Positions 36,745 to 45,352 of a DNA stretch of 64,000 nucleotides are shown here, piece after piece. A program made the translations under genes and the position numbers. Below the pieces are notes generated by a model that was not told the DNA's origin, did no database searches, and saw only the letters and a list, made by a program, of their open reading frames with translations. Position 1 is the stretch's first letter. Each line of letters starts with the position of its first letter. The stretch lies in sequence record NC_061444.1, one strand, 5' to 3'.

Positions 36745-38027
36745 TACTTAACAGACTGTTTCAGCAGGCGTTTCTGTTGCGGGTTCAGGCCCATAACGTC
36801 TGCAATCTCGTCGATCTTACGCAGAGTCAGGACGCCTTTAGCAGTGCCGCCGCTACCAGTCAGTGAGACTTTAACGAACTCACGACCGTTACGGCCATTC
36901 ACCATCTGATGCACGATGCTGTTCTTACCGCCGCGGCCAGCGCGAAGTGCGGTAGATGCCATGCCCAGAATTTCCGTAACAGCTTCTTTCTTCTCAGTCG
37001 GGCTAAGACCCGGAACGAGGCGAACATACAGGCTGTCGTTCTGCACACGCACGTTGTCGAAGATTTCTTTCTTACGACCGCGAATGGTGTGCTGCGCATT
37101 ACCCAGCATCGTCGTGTCACGCAGGTTCTGCGTAGAACGGTTGATTGGCTTACGCTCACTGTAGTTCAAGAATCCGTCGAGAGCCATCAGGTGGTTGATG
37201 GTACGCTTCATCTCTGGAGCAGTAGCAATCTGACGACCCATAGGGAATGAGCCAGGGACTTTCTCGTCAACGAGTGACGTCAGGAAGTTTTCGCTGATAC
37301 CGCTTGCGACCGCGATCGTGGTAGACAGTACAAGAGCATAGTTCGGGTAGTGCATACCGTCTGAGTTCACGAAGTTGTCGATGAACACATAGGTCTGGAA
37401 GCAAATCGGGTCAGTGCCGGACGCGATGAAAGTACGAGTACGAATCTTCGAATAGTCTTCTTTATTCAGAATCTTCGACAGGTAGTTAGCGATGGTTGCG
37501 GCCAGCTTGGTGTGTTCTTTAGGAGCGCCGTTCTTAACGTCGATGCTCATAAGTTTAACCAGTTTGTTCTGCTGGTCTTTCGCTTGTGCGATAACGCTCA
37601 ACAGAGACTTAGCGGCTGCGCTTTGGTCTTTGAACGCGCTGAAAGTTTTGCTGCTGAGAATCTGATACGCAACGGACAGTTCGCCGATTGCCTGACTGAG
37701 TTGACTCACCTGATTGTTGTACTGCGCTTTGTTGCGTACATCGGTGATATCAATCTTAGACAGGTCGATAACCTGATTCAGGTCAATCGTCTTTGTCTGC
37801 TTGCCTTTGATACCGCCTTCGATATCGGACAGCTCAATAGCTTTAGCGCTGACAGACAGAAGGTGCTTAGGGATAGTGACGCTTTGTGCAGTTGCAACTA
37901 CACGGTCGAGTACGTTACGGAACTCTTTCGCTGTACGTGCACCACGCAGGGCAGCCATGTTCCCAGAGCTATAGTCAACAGATGCGCTGATACTGCTAAC
38001 TTCATTGTTTTTGGCAGTCTTAGCCAT
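36744..38027 (-). CDS. Hypothetical, probably head-associated protein
   Basis: Second ATG preferred by GAGG spacing; N-terminus MAKTAKNNEVSSISA; first gene after motif B. Confidence 0.55.
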   Translation of the reverse strand: MAKTAKNNEVSSISASVDYSSGNMAALRGARTAKEFRNVLDRVVATAQSVTIPKHLLSVSAKAIELSDIEGGIKGKQTKTIDLNQVIDLSKIDITDVRNKAQYNNQVSQLSQAIGELSVAYQILSSKTFSAFKDQSAAAKSLLSVIAQAKDQQNKLVKLMSIDVKNGAPKEHTKLAATIANYLSKILNKEDYSKIRTRTFIASGTDPICFQTYVFIDNFVNSDGMHYPNYALVLSTTIAVASGISENFLTSLVDEKVPGSFPMGRQIATAPEMKRTINHLMALDGFLNYSERKPINRSTQNLRDTTMLGNAQHTIRGRKKEIFDNVRVQNDSLYVRLVPGLSPTEKKEAVTEILGMASTALRAGRGGKNSIVHQMVNGRNGREFVKVSLTGSGGTAKGVLTLRKIDEIADVMGLNPQQKRLLKQSVK

Positions 38028-38064
38028 GATCATCCTCTACTGGGTCTAGTAATCATATCGAGTG

Positions 38065-38072
38065 AAAATTAG
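38065..38072 (-). promoter_or_regulatory. Putative phage promoter motif B (CTAATTT)
   Basis: CTAATTTT, 38 nt upstream of start 38027. Confidence 0.5.
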
Positions 38073-38139
38073 CGACTAAGGCGTGTTTTGTTCGATATAG
38101 TGTGCGTACTGACTTTACAAATTTAGGACGCTAGAATGC

Positions 38140-38168
38140 AAAAAGGGGCAGCCGAAGCCACCCCTTTT
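38140..38168 (-). terminator. Rho-independent terminator (repeated family)
   Basis: GGGGTGGC-TTCG-GCTGCCCC-TTTTT. Confidence 0.8.
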
Positions 38169-38199
38169 TGTTTCGTAATTGTCTTACCGACCAGGTCGA

Positions 38200-38871
38200 T
38201 TAAACGCTTACTTTACCAGTTTTCTTGGTCTTAGCTGCTTTCTTCGCGCCGGCTTTCTGTGCTGCGGTGCCGGTGTGATGAACCTGCTTCTGGGTAGTCT
38301 CTTTACCCTTTTTCAGGCGCGGCAGTGGTTTCAGCTTAGGCTTCTTCAGGGTAACAGCTTTCGGCTGAACCTTCGGAGTTACCAGCTTACCGTTTTTGAT
38401 CATCGGCTTACGTGCTTTACGCGCGGCCAGACGAGCTTTCTGTTTCGCGATCAGGTTGCTGTAGCCAGCTTTCTGTTTCGCTTTCAGGTTGCTCAGAGCG
38501 ATGGTCTGACGTTTCAGCAGCAGCTTACGAACCTGCGCCTGAGATTTAGCGGTGGTTTTCAGACCGGCCTGGTATTTAGCCAGACGCTCTTTCAGACGTT
38601 GCTCGATGCTTTTGCCTTTCGCTTTCTTAGCCTGCTTACGCAGGTGAGTAGAACGCTCGTTGTCGAACTTCTTCTCAGAAGCGGTTTTCTTTGCAGCAGG
38701 CTTTTTAGCCTTTGCAGTTTTAGGAGCTTTAGCTTTGGCAGCCTTAGGCGCTTTAGCTTTTTTGGTGGTAGCTTTCTTGGCACCAGATGCTTTCTTGGTA
38801 CCAGCTTTCTTAGCTTTAGAACCGCCTTTAACTGGGTCGGTCGGGGAGGTCAGTTTGCGTTTTACGGCCAT
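38200..38871 (-). CDS. Histone H1-like Lys/Ala-rich DNA-binding protein
   Basis: 223 aa dominated by KKA, KAPKA and KKPAAKK repeats; monocistronic between motif B and a terminator. Confidence 0.7.
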   Translation of the reverse strand: MAVKRKLTSPTDPVKGGSKAKKAGTKKASGAKKATTKKAKAPKAAKAKAPKTAKAKKPAAKKTASEKKFDNERSTHLRKQAKKAKGKSIEQRLKERLAKYQAGLKTTAKSQAQVRKLLLKRQTIALSNLKAKQKAGYSNLIAKQKARLAARKARKPMIKNGKLVTPKVQPKAVTLKKPKLKPLPRLKKGKETTQKQVHHTGTAAQKAGAKKAAKTKKTGKVSV

Positions 38872-38938
38872 GGTTATATCCTCAAGTTACAATTGAACTT
38901 TCGTCCTGTGGACATTAAGTTTTGAAATCAGCATGTAA

Positions 38939-38945
38939 AAATTAG
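38939..38945 (-). promoter_or_regulatory. Putative phage promoter motif B (CTAATTT)
   Basis: CTAATTTTT, 68 nt upstream of H1-like gene. Confidence 0.45.
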
Positions 38946-38987
38946 TATAATCCCTGAAACTTTTATCAGGAAATTTCCTAAATCTTT

Positions 38988-40064
38988 TTACATAGCAGTA
39001 TACCCTATTTCAGATAACACCGCGTTAAGTTCCTTCCGAGCGCTAACCCGCAAGGACTTTTTAATTCCCGAAGCCTTGAGGTATTCCTTAAGGCCATCGC
39101 GTGGATCAATATCCGCGAGCGCTAACTCGCTAACATCGACTGTATCTATATTATCGAGATCCACACGTTTATTCGTGGAATTTATTTGAGAAATATTCGG
39201 GACGCGAGTACGGATATCTGCCGGAATAGAAACGGTATCTTTAACAATAACACGGTATCTAATCGCAGGGTTTACTACCAGACGTGACCAGTCTTTCTGA
39301 TTCTCTATTGCAACTGTCTCTAACCTGAATCCGGGTTTGCTGTCAACAAACTTCTGTTGAACCACCAGCTCACCCTTCTTGTAGAACGCACGAATGTGGA
39401 GGAATCCCTTCGGCAGTGCCTCACCGAATGTCTTCTGGTAAGGCGACCCGCAGTATGTGAAACGTTTAGCCTCAAGTACCTGGTGCAGGTGAATGTGTCC
39501 ACTGATTGTGTAATCGCGTGGATCGACTTTGATATCTTTCTTTGCTTTGAGCGGACGACCGTTATCTCCCAGAGCACCTACAGCCTCTACGTGACAGAAG
39601 TTAAGACACGGCTTCTTATGCTTAATGCTTTCTTTTGCAGGGTGAGGCAGGAAGTTAACGATGACGCCATCAATCTCAACCTGCTCAGGTCTGAGGTAGA
39701 TATGCAGCGACTTGAGGAAGTCCCACTCACAGAAGGTCTTGATCAAGTCCATGCTGGTGGACGTCATATCTGCCCAGTCGTGGTTGCCACCGCAGTACCA
39801 CGTTTCAATAACACCTTCGTACTTGAGGAAGAACTGGAGCAGCTTACGCTTTGTCTCGTCTTCCATTTTGAACTTGTCGGTGATATCACCGGGAACGATA
39901 ACGTGACGAATCCCGTGCTCGATAGCATACTGATAGATGCGGTCGATTGTTTCAAGCTGACGATCAACATGGTCAGTAGGGAAATGATTCGACAGACCTT
40001 CGAAGTGCCAGTCAGAAGTCGTAATCGCCTCTAACATCTCTGATACTTTTTTCTTTTTCATCAC
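38988..40064 (-). CDS. sbcD: SbcD/Mre11/gp47-like metallophosphoesterase nuclease
   Basis: SDWH, GDITD, GNHD, GHIH, YCGSP motifs; true start may be ATG 40037. Confidence 0.88.
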   Translation of the reverse strand: MMKKKKVSEMLEAITTSDWHFEGLSNHFPTDHVDRQLETIDRIYQYAIEHGIRHVIVPGDITDKFKMEDETKRKLLQFFLKYEGVIETWYCGGNHDWADMTSTSMDLIKTFCEWDFLKSLHIYLRPEQVEIDGVIVNFLPHPAKESIKHKKPCLNFCHVEAVGALGDNGRPLKAKKDIKVDPRDYTISGHIHLHQVLEAKRFTYCGSPYQKTFGEALPKGFLHIRAFYKKGELVVQQKFVDSKPGFRLETVAIENQKDWSRLVVNPAIRYRVIVKDTVSIPADIRTRVPNISQINSTNKRVDLDNIDTVDVSELALADIDPRDGLKEYLKASGIKKSLRVSARKELNAVLSEIGYTAM

Positions 40065-40090
40065 TACAGTCCACAGGTTTCTTTGACTGC

Positions 40091-40099
40091 TATTTACAG
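40091..40099 (-). promoter_or_regulatory. Putative phage promoter motif A (CTGTAAATA)
   Basis: Exact motif immediately after a terminator, upstream of sbcD. Confidence 0.55.
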
Positions 40100-40124
40100 A
40101 AAAATGGGCACCCTAAGGCACCCA
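40100..40124 (-). terminator. Rho-independent terminator
   Basis: TGGGTGCC-TTAG-GGTGCCCA-TTTTT. Confidence 0.75.
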
Positions 40125-40130
40125 TCAAGA

Positions 40131-41018
40131 TCAAAGAGCAAAAGAATGTGTCCACATCTTAGGCGTTAGACGCATGTTGCGTCCAGGCTCTATTGCTGTC
40201 TTACTTGCCTCAAAGTCGTTCGCGTCCAGCATGAAGGCCTTGTTATCCTTTATCTGCACCAGACGATCAATCGTTACTCGCTCTGGTTGGTCAGTTGATT
40301 GCATACGTGGTGTTGCTTGTTGCAGCGTAGCACTGCCAGACCTGTGATACATACTCACAACGTAACCGCCACCACCAATAGCAGGAAATCCCACGGAGTA
40401 TAGATGGTTGAAGAACTGCATATCAGCAGGCTTCGTTCCTATTGGAGTAACTACACCGCTACCACCACCGGATGAAGCAGGCATATGAGCAGTTCCGCTA
40501 AGAACTGACATGGCGTTATTCAAGTTTAGACCATAACACGTCACAATCACATTGAAGGCGGCCGTGATGCCAGCTTGATACACAGGAGCCAGATATGTAG
40601 GAAACGTTCTGCCATCATACTTCTTAGGCACTACGACAACCGTATGAGCACCTGAGTTGAACGCACTATAGCTCAAGGTACTCACAATATAACTATCCGT
40701 GTCTTGTTGAATCTGAGGCAACCCTGAGTATGTGTATGCTTCGAACACTTGGTCAAGGGTGTACGTAGGAGATACAGACACTGGACCACGAAAGGGCAGT
40801 GTGGTTAGATAAATGAATTTATCGTCAGCAACTCCGCTGATAGGATGACAAACGCCTTGCGTATTGAAGCCTAGAAAAGATCTAGCAGTACGCATGGCGT
40901 TCGTAGTCGTACTCAAGTCCATTTCATTCTTAGACGTGTCAAACAAGAAGCTCCATCTCAATGTATCAGATCGAGAGATGAACTTCCTAAAATCGGGTTG
41001 AGCGCAACAGTATTGCAT
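40131..41018 (-). CDS. Hypothetical protein, low-GC paralogue family member 1
   Basis: 295 aa; MQY start, FLFD, ARSFLG, HPISG, C-terminal MLDANDFEAS..IEPG..MRL. Confidence 0.6.
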   Translation of the reverse strand: MQYCCAQPDFRKFISRSDTLRWSFLFDTSKNEMDLSTTTNAMRTARSFLGFNTQGVCHPISGVADDKFIYLTTLPFRGPVSVSPTYTLDQVFEAYTYSGLPQIQQDTDSYIVSTLSYSAFNSGAHTVVVVPKKYDGRTFPTYLAPVYQAGITAAFNVIVTCYGLNLNNAMSVLSGTAHMPASSGGGSGVVTPIGTKPADMQFFNHLYSVGFPAIGGGGYVVSMYHRSGSATLQQATPRMQSTDQPERVTIDRLVQIKDNKAFMLDANDFEASKTAIEPGRNMRLTPKMWTHSFAL

Positions 41019-41019
41019 A

Positions 41020-41538
41020 TCATGTCCTTTTCAGGTGCCCGTTATACCTCAGCCAGTCTTTCCACCAGTACTCAACCGACTTACCATTACGAAGCGCATA
41101 GTCGATGCAGTTCTGAGTTCCTGATGGAGCACCGCAACACAATGAGATCAGACGATCTGTTTCGTCTACCATATAGTTGTTGCGTTTGTTCAGCAGAAAC
41201 CCAGGCTGGTGATTGTGTGCTTCAATCTCTTCTTTGGTCGTTACGATTCTAACTTCGTGACTTTGATTGAGTAGACCATCAAGCTCGAACACACTGGACA
41301 TTTGCCAACGCGTGTTAAAGCCAAGAAAAGGCAAGCACGATATTACCTTGTGACCTTGCTCTAGTGCAGCAGTGGCGATTGCCATATCGAAACCAAGAGC
41401 GCAACCTACATAAATCAGAGCGTCGTCTTGGACTGCAAGCATCTTACGATGCGCGAACTTATAGAGGCGTCGTTTTGCCTCAGGGCCAAAGCCTCCGAGA
41501 TACTGAGGTCGATGACCAGTGAAGGATATCTTTTCCAT
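41020..41538 (-). CDS. YspA/DUF1273 SLOG-family nucleotide-binding protein
   Basis: ISFTGHRP, GCALGFD, RNNYMVD, SGTQNCIDYA. Confidence 0.82.
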   Translation of the reverse strand: MEKISFTGHRPQYLGGFGPEAKRRLYKFAHRKMLAVQDDALIYVGCALGFDMAIATAALEQGHKVISCLPFLGFNTRWQMSSVFELDGLLNQSHEVRIVTTKEEIEAHNHQPGFLLNKRNNYMVDETDRLISLCCGAPSGTQNCIDYALRNGKSVEYWWKDWLRYNGHLKRT

Positions 41539-41544
41539 GACTGG

Positions 41545-41553
41545 TATTTACAG
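41545..41553 (-). promoter_or_regulatory. Putative phage promoter motif A (CTGTAAATA)
   Basis: Exact motif 7 nt upstream of the SLOG gene ATG. Confidence 0.5.
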
Positions 41554-41559
41554 AACTGA

Positions 41560-42426
41560 CTACATGGCTATGAGGCGCTGGGTACGAGAGAAGTCGATTG
41601 TATATGAAGTACCAGCAACGCAGTTATCTTCAACGTCGAAATCAATTCCCTTCTTCAACTTGATAAGGCTCTTGCCGTCAGCATTACACAGCAAACCATC
41701 GGTCAGGTTGAACACTTCATCTTTAGATACAAGGTACTGCGGTATACGAGGTGAACGGCGCTCTGCAATCACAGACGGATATACGATAGTCGGACCGTAG
41801 CCTGTATCAGAAACAGACATGCTTGTAGGATAAGCGAAGTGCGTGTATGCGTCCTGCATCACAAAGTAGTTATTCTCTCCCTGAGCTACCGTACCACCTG
41901 AAGGTGAGGAACCAGGAGTATAAGTACCGGTAGCTGTTGTTGACACCACGCTGCCGTTGGTTGTTACCATTTGAAGATTACAGTACACAGTGTAGGTTCG
42001 AGAAGATGGGATACCCGAACGTACACCAAGCATTGCCATATACGTGGCTCGGTTGCCTAGACCAGACGGATAGAGGCAGATAATGCGGCTGCCGTTATTT
42101 GGAATACCTATACCCGCAGTCCATTGGCCGTGTGGGCCGTAATAAGTCCCTGTCGCACGAGCATGTTCAACCAGACTCGATGCGTTTACACTTCCTATAG
42201 CCTTAGGGAGTTCCGTCAGAAAATATTCAGCACCTTTCTGACCGCGTGTAATCATAGTACGAGAATTATTACCAAGAATTGTTCGTGCGTTACGCAACAC
42301 TTGATTCAGTGTAGTGTCATTGACCGCGCCATCGAAGTCAATGTTGTCCAGCTCAGGATCGAAAAAGAATATGTCAGGCGTGGTGGGCTTTGTCCACGAG
42401 TTACCTGCTACCGCTATGTACTGCAT
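41560..42426 (-). CDS. Hypothetical protein, low-GC paralogue family member 2
   Basis: 288 aa; MQYIA, FFFD, VLRNARTILG; Gly/Ser/Thr-rich middle. Confidence 0.6.
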   Translation of the reverse strand: MQYIAVAGNSWTKPTTPDIFFFDPELDNIDFDGAVNDTTLNQVLRNARTILGNNSRTMITRGQKGAEYFLTELPKAIGSVNASSLVEHARATGTYYGPHGQWTAGIGIPNNGSRIICLYPSGLGNRATYMAMLGVRSGIPSSRTYTVYCNLQMVTTNGSVVSTTATGTYTPGSSPSGGTVAQGENNYFVMQDAYTHFAYPTSMSVSDTGYGPTIVYPSVIAERRSPRIPQYLVSKDEVFNLTDGLLCNADGKSLIKLKKGIDFDVEDNCVAGTSYTIDFSRTQRLIAM

Positions 42427-42439
42427 AATCCCTCCTTAT

Positions 42440-43282
42440 CTATAGATCGATAGTTGCATGGTTCCCACGGCTGTTCAAAGCTACTGAATATCTGTTTCCT
42501 GGTGTAAGAGTACCTATAGGTGAGGCAATCATCTCAGCACCATATTTCTTGAACACACCAGAAGCGGGATCGTACATGAGGAAGCAATCCAGAATAACAC
42601 TCTCTCTCGCATCCGAAGTAGTGGACAAAGGTAAGCCCCCAGAGTAAACAGAAGTTACTACTGTTTCTGCACGAGATGATTTAGGAAAACGACGTCCATA
42701 CGACACAGCACAAGGGTCAGAAGAAAATGTCATAGTAGTGACACCACTATATCTACTCGAAGATCCTAATGGACTGACTAGGTATTGTATTTCGTATGTT
42801 TGATTTGGCTGCTTTGTCCCAGAGACTTGTTGAACATCGTAGGTGTAAGTAATGCCTAGAGTACCACTAAACGTCGGATTAGTGAACTGATAATCGACGT
42901 TTGATCTTACTGGCGCAGCACCTGTAAGTAAGGCAACGGTATTGATGGTGCCGTCACCATACGTGCTGTAGTAACCGCTGCGCTTAGACGTCAGAGGAGA
43001 TACGGGATCATTCGATCTGTCCCCTGTGCAAAGATTGAGGAGATCAAAAGAATCCTGAGTTATTCCCCAACGGAGAAAAGTGACATACCGAGAACCATCC
43101 CATACTCCGGCTATTGGATTCAAGAAACCATCTTCACCTAAAACTGAGCGAGCTTTACGCAACACATTTAACGCAGCGTTGTTTGGCTTTATATTATCCG
43201 GAGGGTCGTATAGAGCGCTGGAATAAAAGAGAACTTCGCGGTTTGACGTGCTTATAAAATCTTTTGAGTAAAGATAGAGCAT
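42440..43282 (-). CDS. Hypothetical protein, low-GC paralogue family member 3
   Basis: Start moved to ATG 43282 (GGGGA RBS); VLRKARSVLG, LNPIAG, C-terminal TLTPGNRY. Confidence 0.6.
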   Translation of the reverse strand: MLYLYSKDFISTSNREVLFYSSALYDPPDNIKPNNAALNVLRKARSVLGEDGFLNPIAGVWDGSRYVTFLRWGITQDSFDLLNLCTGDRSNDPVSPLTSKRSGYYSTYGDGTINTVALLTGAAPVRSNVDYQFTNPTFSGTLGITYTYDVQQVSGTKQPNQTYEIQYLVSPLGSSSRYSGVTTMTFSSDPCAVSYGRRFPKSSRAETVVTSVYSGGLPLSTTSDARESVILDCFLMYDPASGVFKKYGAEMIASPIGTLTPGNRYSVALNSRGNHATIDL

Positions 43283-43326
43283 GTTCAATTCCCCCAAGAG
43301 AGCACTTCCCTGTGCTTCACCTAATG

Positions 43327-43692
43327 TTAGGACACTACTTCGAGTTCGTGATCGCCTGAGTTCCATACGAGTTCACGAATATTGCGAGGCATGATGATAC
43401 AACCGCTCGATGCAGTACCAGGAGCTTTGATGCTGTCACCGTGCATCTGAAATGCAGAGCGACCGAACATCACGTTCTCTTTCGCAGGTGTCAAGTCCAT
43501 TGCATAAGGACCAGTCTTCGCGCTTGTGCGTGGCGCATTCAGCGTGTAGCGTCCTACAGGCAACGGCCCCATACCAACAACTGACTGCGACTCATGTTTG
43601 TTCTTATGCTCACCTTTACCAGCGTAGCCTGTAGCGATAACTTTACCAGATGCGTTATACAGGCGTCCTGTAGTTTGTTCATATTTCCACAT
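43327..43692 (-). CDS. Tlde1/DUF2778 L,D-transpeptidase-like peptidoglycan enzyme
   Basis: GYAG.G..KN, GPLP.GRY, RSAFQMHGD...ASSGCII (HxxxxxxxxxxSxGC catalytic motif). Confidence 0.8.
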   Translation of the reverse strand: MWKYEQTTGRLYNASGKVIATGYAGKGEHKNKHESQSVVGMGPLPVGRYTLNAPRTSAKTGPYAMDLTPAKENVMFGRSAFQMHGDSIKAPGTASSGCIIMPRNIRELVWNSGDHELEVVS

Positions 43693-43717
43693 AAGTGCTC
43701 CGATATGTGTATAATGG

Positions 43718-43748
43718 AAAAAGGGCCTACACCTTTCGATGCAAGCCC
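43718..43748 (-). terminator. Rho-independent terminator
   Basis: GGGCTTGCA-loop-TGTAGGCCC-TTTTT. Confidence 0.6.
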
Positions 43749-43753
43749 CAGTA

Positions 43754-43891
43754 TCAGACTATAACAGTCTTGATCACGTTTCGGTTCTTCTTTGGGTCGA
43801 ACCATATTTCTTCGATAATCTTGCCCATGCCGAAGTTGATCATCTGCACCGTGCGTCGTCGGACTAAGAGCAGACGTTTTGACTGGAACAT
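43754..43891 (-). CDS. Small hypothetical protein (45 aa)
   Basis: Not in track. ATG 43891 with GGAG RBS; MFQSKRLLLVRRRTVQMINFGMGKIIEEIWFDPKKNRNVIKTVIV; fills the gap before the terminator. Confidence 0.55.
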   Translation of the reverse strand: MFQSKRLLLVRRRTVQMINFGMGKIIEEIWFDPKKNRNVIKTVIV

Positions 43892-43893
43892 GA

Positions 43894-44403
43894 TTACTCC
43901 TTAATCATCTTGACGCGCGTATGATCAAATATACCAAAGGTAGGAACATCATGGTGCTCACCCTCATTACCTTTGATAGAATCATAGCCCGCCAGTTTTA
44001 GGATTTTACTGATCTCTGTATACTCGTCCCACCACATGTACACTCGCTTGTGTTGATTAGCAGGTATGTGTTTGTTCAGAGCATCCAGACGACCGACTAG
44101 TGTTATCGCTTCATCTTTGCCAACCAGATGCAACTGAAAGGCTTCCATGATTAGCTGTTTCACTCGTCTATAAATCTCAGCGAACCGTACTTCCGTCCAC
44201 AGAGAACGGAATTTCAGGCTGGCATAGCGACCTGGGTCCGCATGAAACTTGTAGAGGCGCCCACCTTCCGCATACTTCTCAGCATACGCACGATCTGGTG
44301 TTACCCAAGTCATGTGTTGCTTCTTAGCATGTTCATCTGACCAGTCTTCTGCAAGACCGCGATAGTAGATTGTAGGCGCACTTAGGCTGACGAAGATCTG
44401 CAA
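43894..44403 (-). CDS. ADP-ribosyltransferase-fold (ART-PolyVal-like) protein with shared N-terminal peptide
   Basis: TTG start, MQIFVSLSA; YYRG, WVTPDRAYAEKYA, GRLY, GYDSI, FGIFD..RVK. Confidence 0.5.
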   Translation of the reverse strand: MQIFVSLSAPTIYYRGLAEDWSDEHAKKQHMTWVTPDRAYAEKYAEGGRLYKFHADPGRYASLKFRSLWTEVRFAEIYRRVKQLIMEAFQLHLVGKDEAITLVGRLDALNKHIPANQHKRVYMWWDEYTEISKILKLAGYDSIKGNEGEHHDVPTFGIFDHTRVKMIKE

Positions 44404-45315
44404 TTACTTGCCCAGACGTTTGAACGTAACACCCTTCTCACCCTGAGTGAACTTAATAACGCCAGGGACTTCAAAGCCATTTGCCGTTTTCTGCACTGGG
44501 ATATTTTTATCCTCAAGGTGCATACGCAGCTCAGTCATAACAATGTTGTTCTTGCCTATGGCCTTGCCTTTGAGATCTTTGGTATCGTATTTAACAGAAC
44601 CTGATTTCTTGTTCTGATCAAAATTGATACCTACAGTTTTAAGCATCTTCGGCAGAGACTTATTGACTTTTGCAGCCAGTGTAGCCGGGTTCATTTCCAC
44701 TGGTTTCTTCGCAGCGCGCTTTTTAGCAGATGGAGCTTTCGCGTCTGCTTTGGCCTTGCGAGTTGCAGGCGTGCTGGCTTTGCCTGCGGTCAACTTTTCG
44801 GCCTTCATGAATACAGGCTTGAATGTACCGCGCTTGCCAGTAATACCGAACTCAGTCAGCTTGATACCGCGAACAGTTTTCAGAGCCTTGGCCAGACCCG
44901 GACCTGACATTACGATATCAGATGCAGACAGCGGAAGGTTCAGTCCACCGAAACCGTGTTTCTTCGCGTGGGCATTCGCTTCTTTGATCAGCTTCTTAGC
45001 CTGCTTGATATCCGCAGACGATTTAGCTTTCTCGGTCTTATAGGTTTCGCGCAACGCAGTCTTACGCGGGCCTTTAGGAGTTTGTTGTGCTTTGGTAAAA
45101 GCGGTCGCAGCTTTGATACGTGAAGACATACCAGACACAGCGGCAGTTTTCGCTTTCTTCAACAGACCGACAACAGCCTGCAATTCAGCTTTTCGCTCAG
45201 ACACAACTACGAGCGTAGTTTTGCCGCCGACTTTAGCTACCTTATAGCTTACTACCTTAACACGAGCAGACTCAGATACTAAAGAATCTGCAATATTGAT
45301 TCTAATAAGAGCCAT
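44404..45315 (-). CDS. Lys/Ala-rich basic protein, putative internal head protein
   Basis: MALIRINIADSLVSESA leader; N-terminal half paralogous to 45353..46318. Confidence 0.55.
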   Translation of the reverse strand: MALIRINIADSLVSESARVKVVSYKVAKVGGKTTLVVVSERKAELQAVVGLLKKAKTAAVSGMSSRIKAATAFTKAQQTPKGPRKTALRETYKTEKAKSSADIKQAKKLIKEANAHAKKHGFGGLNLPLSASDIVMSGPGLAKALKTVRGIKLTEFGITGKRGTFKPVFMKAEKLTAGKASTPATRKAKADAKAPSAKKRAAKKPVEMNPATLAAKVNKSLPKMLKTVGINFDQNKKSGSVKYDTKDLKGKAIGKNNIVMTELRMHLEDKNIPVQKTANGFEVPGVIKFTQGEKGVTFKRLGK

Positions 45316-45352
45316 TTGTTTTATTCCTTAACCGCCACGCAGATGCAGCGAT

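Noticed and set aside
43695-43904. Plus-strand 69-aa ORF with an apparent TATAAT
   Set aside because: Better explained by a 45-aa minus-strand gene with RBS plus a terminator; no properly spaced -35 or extended -10.
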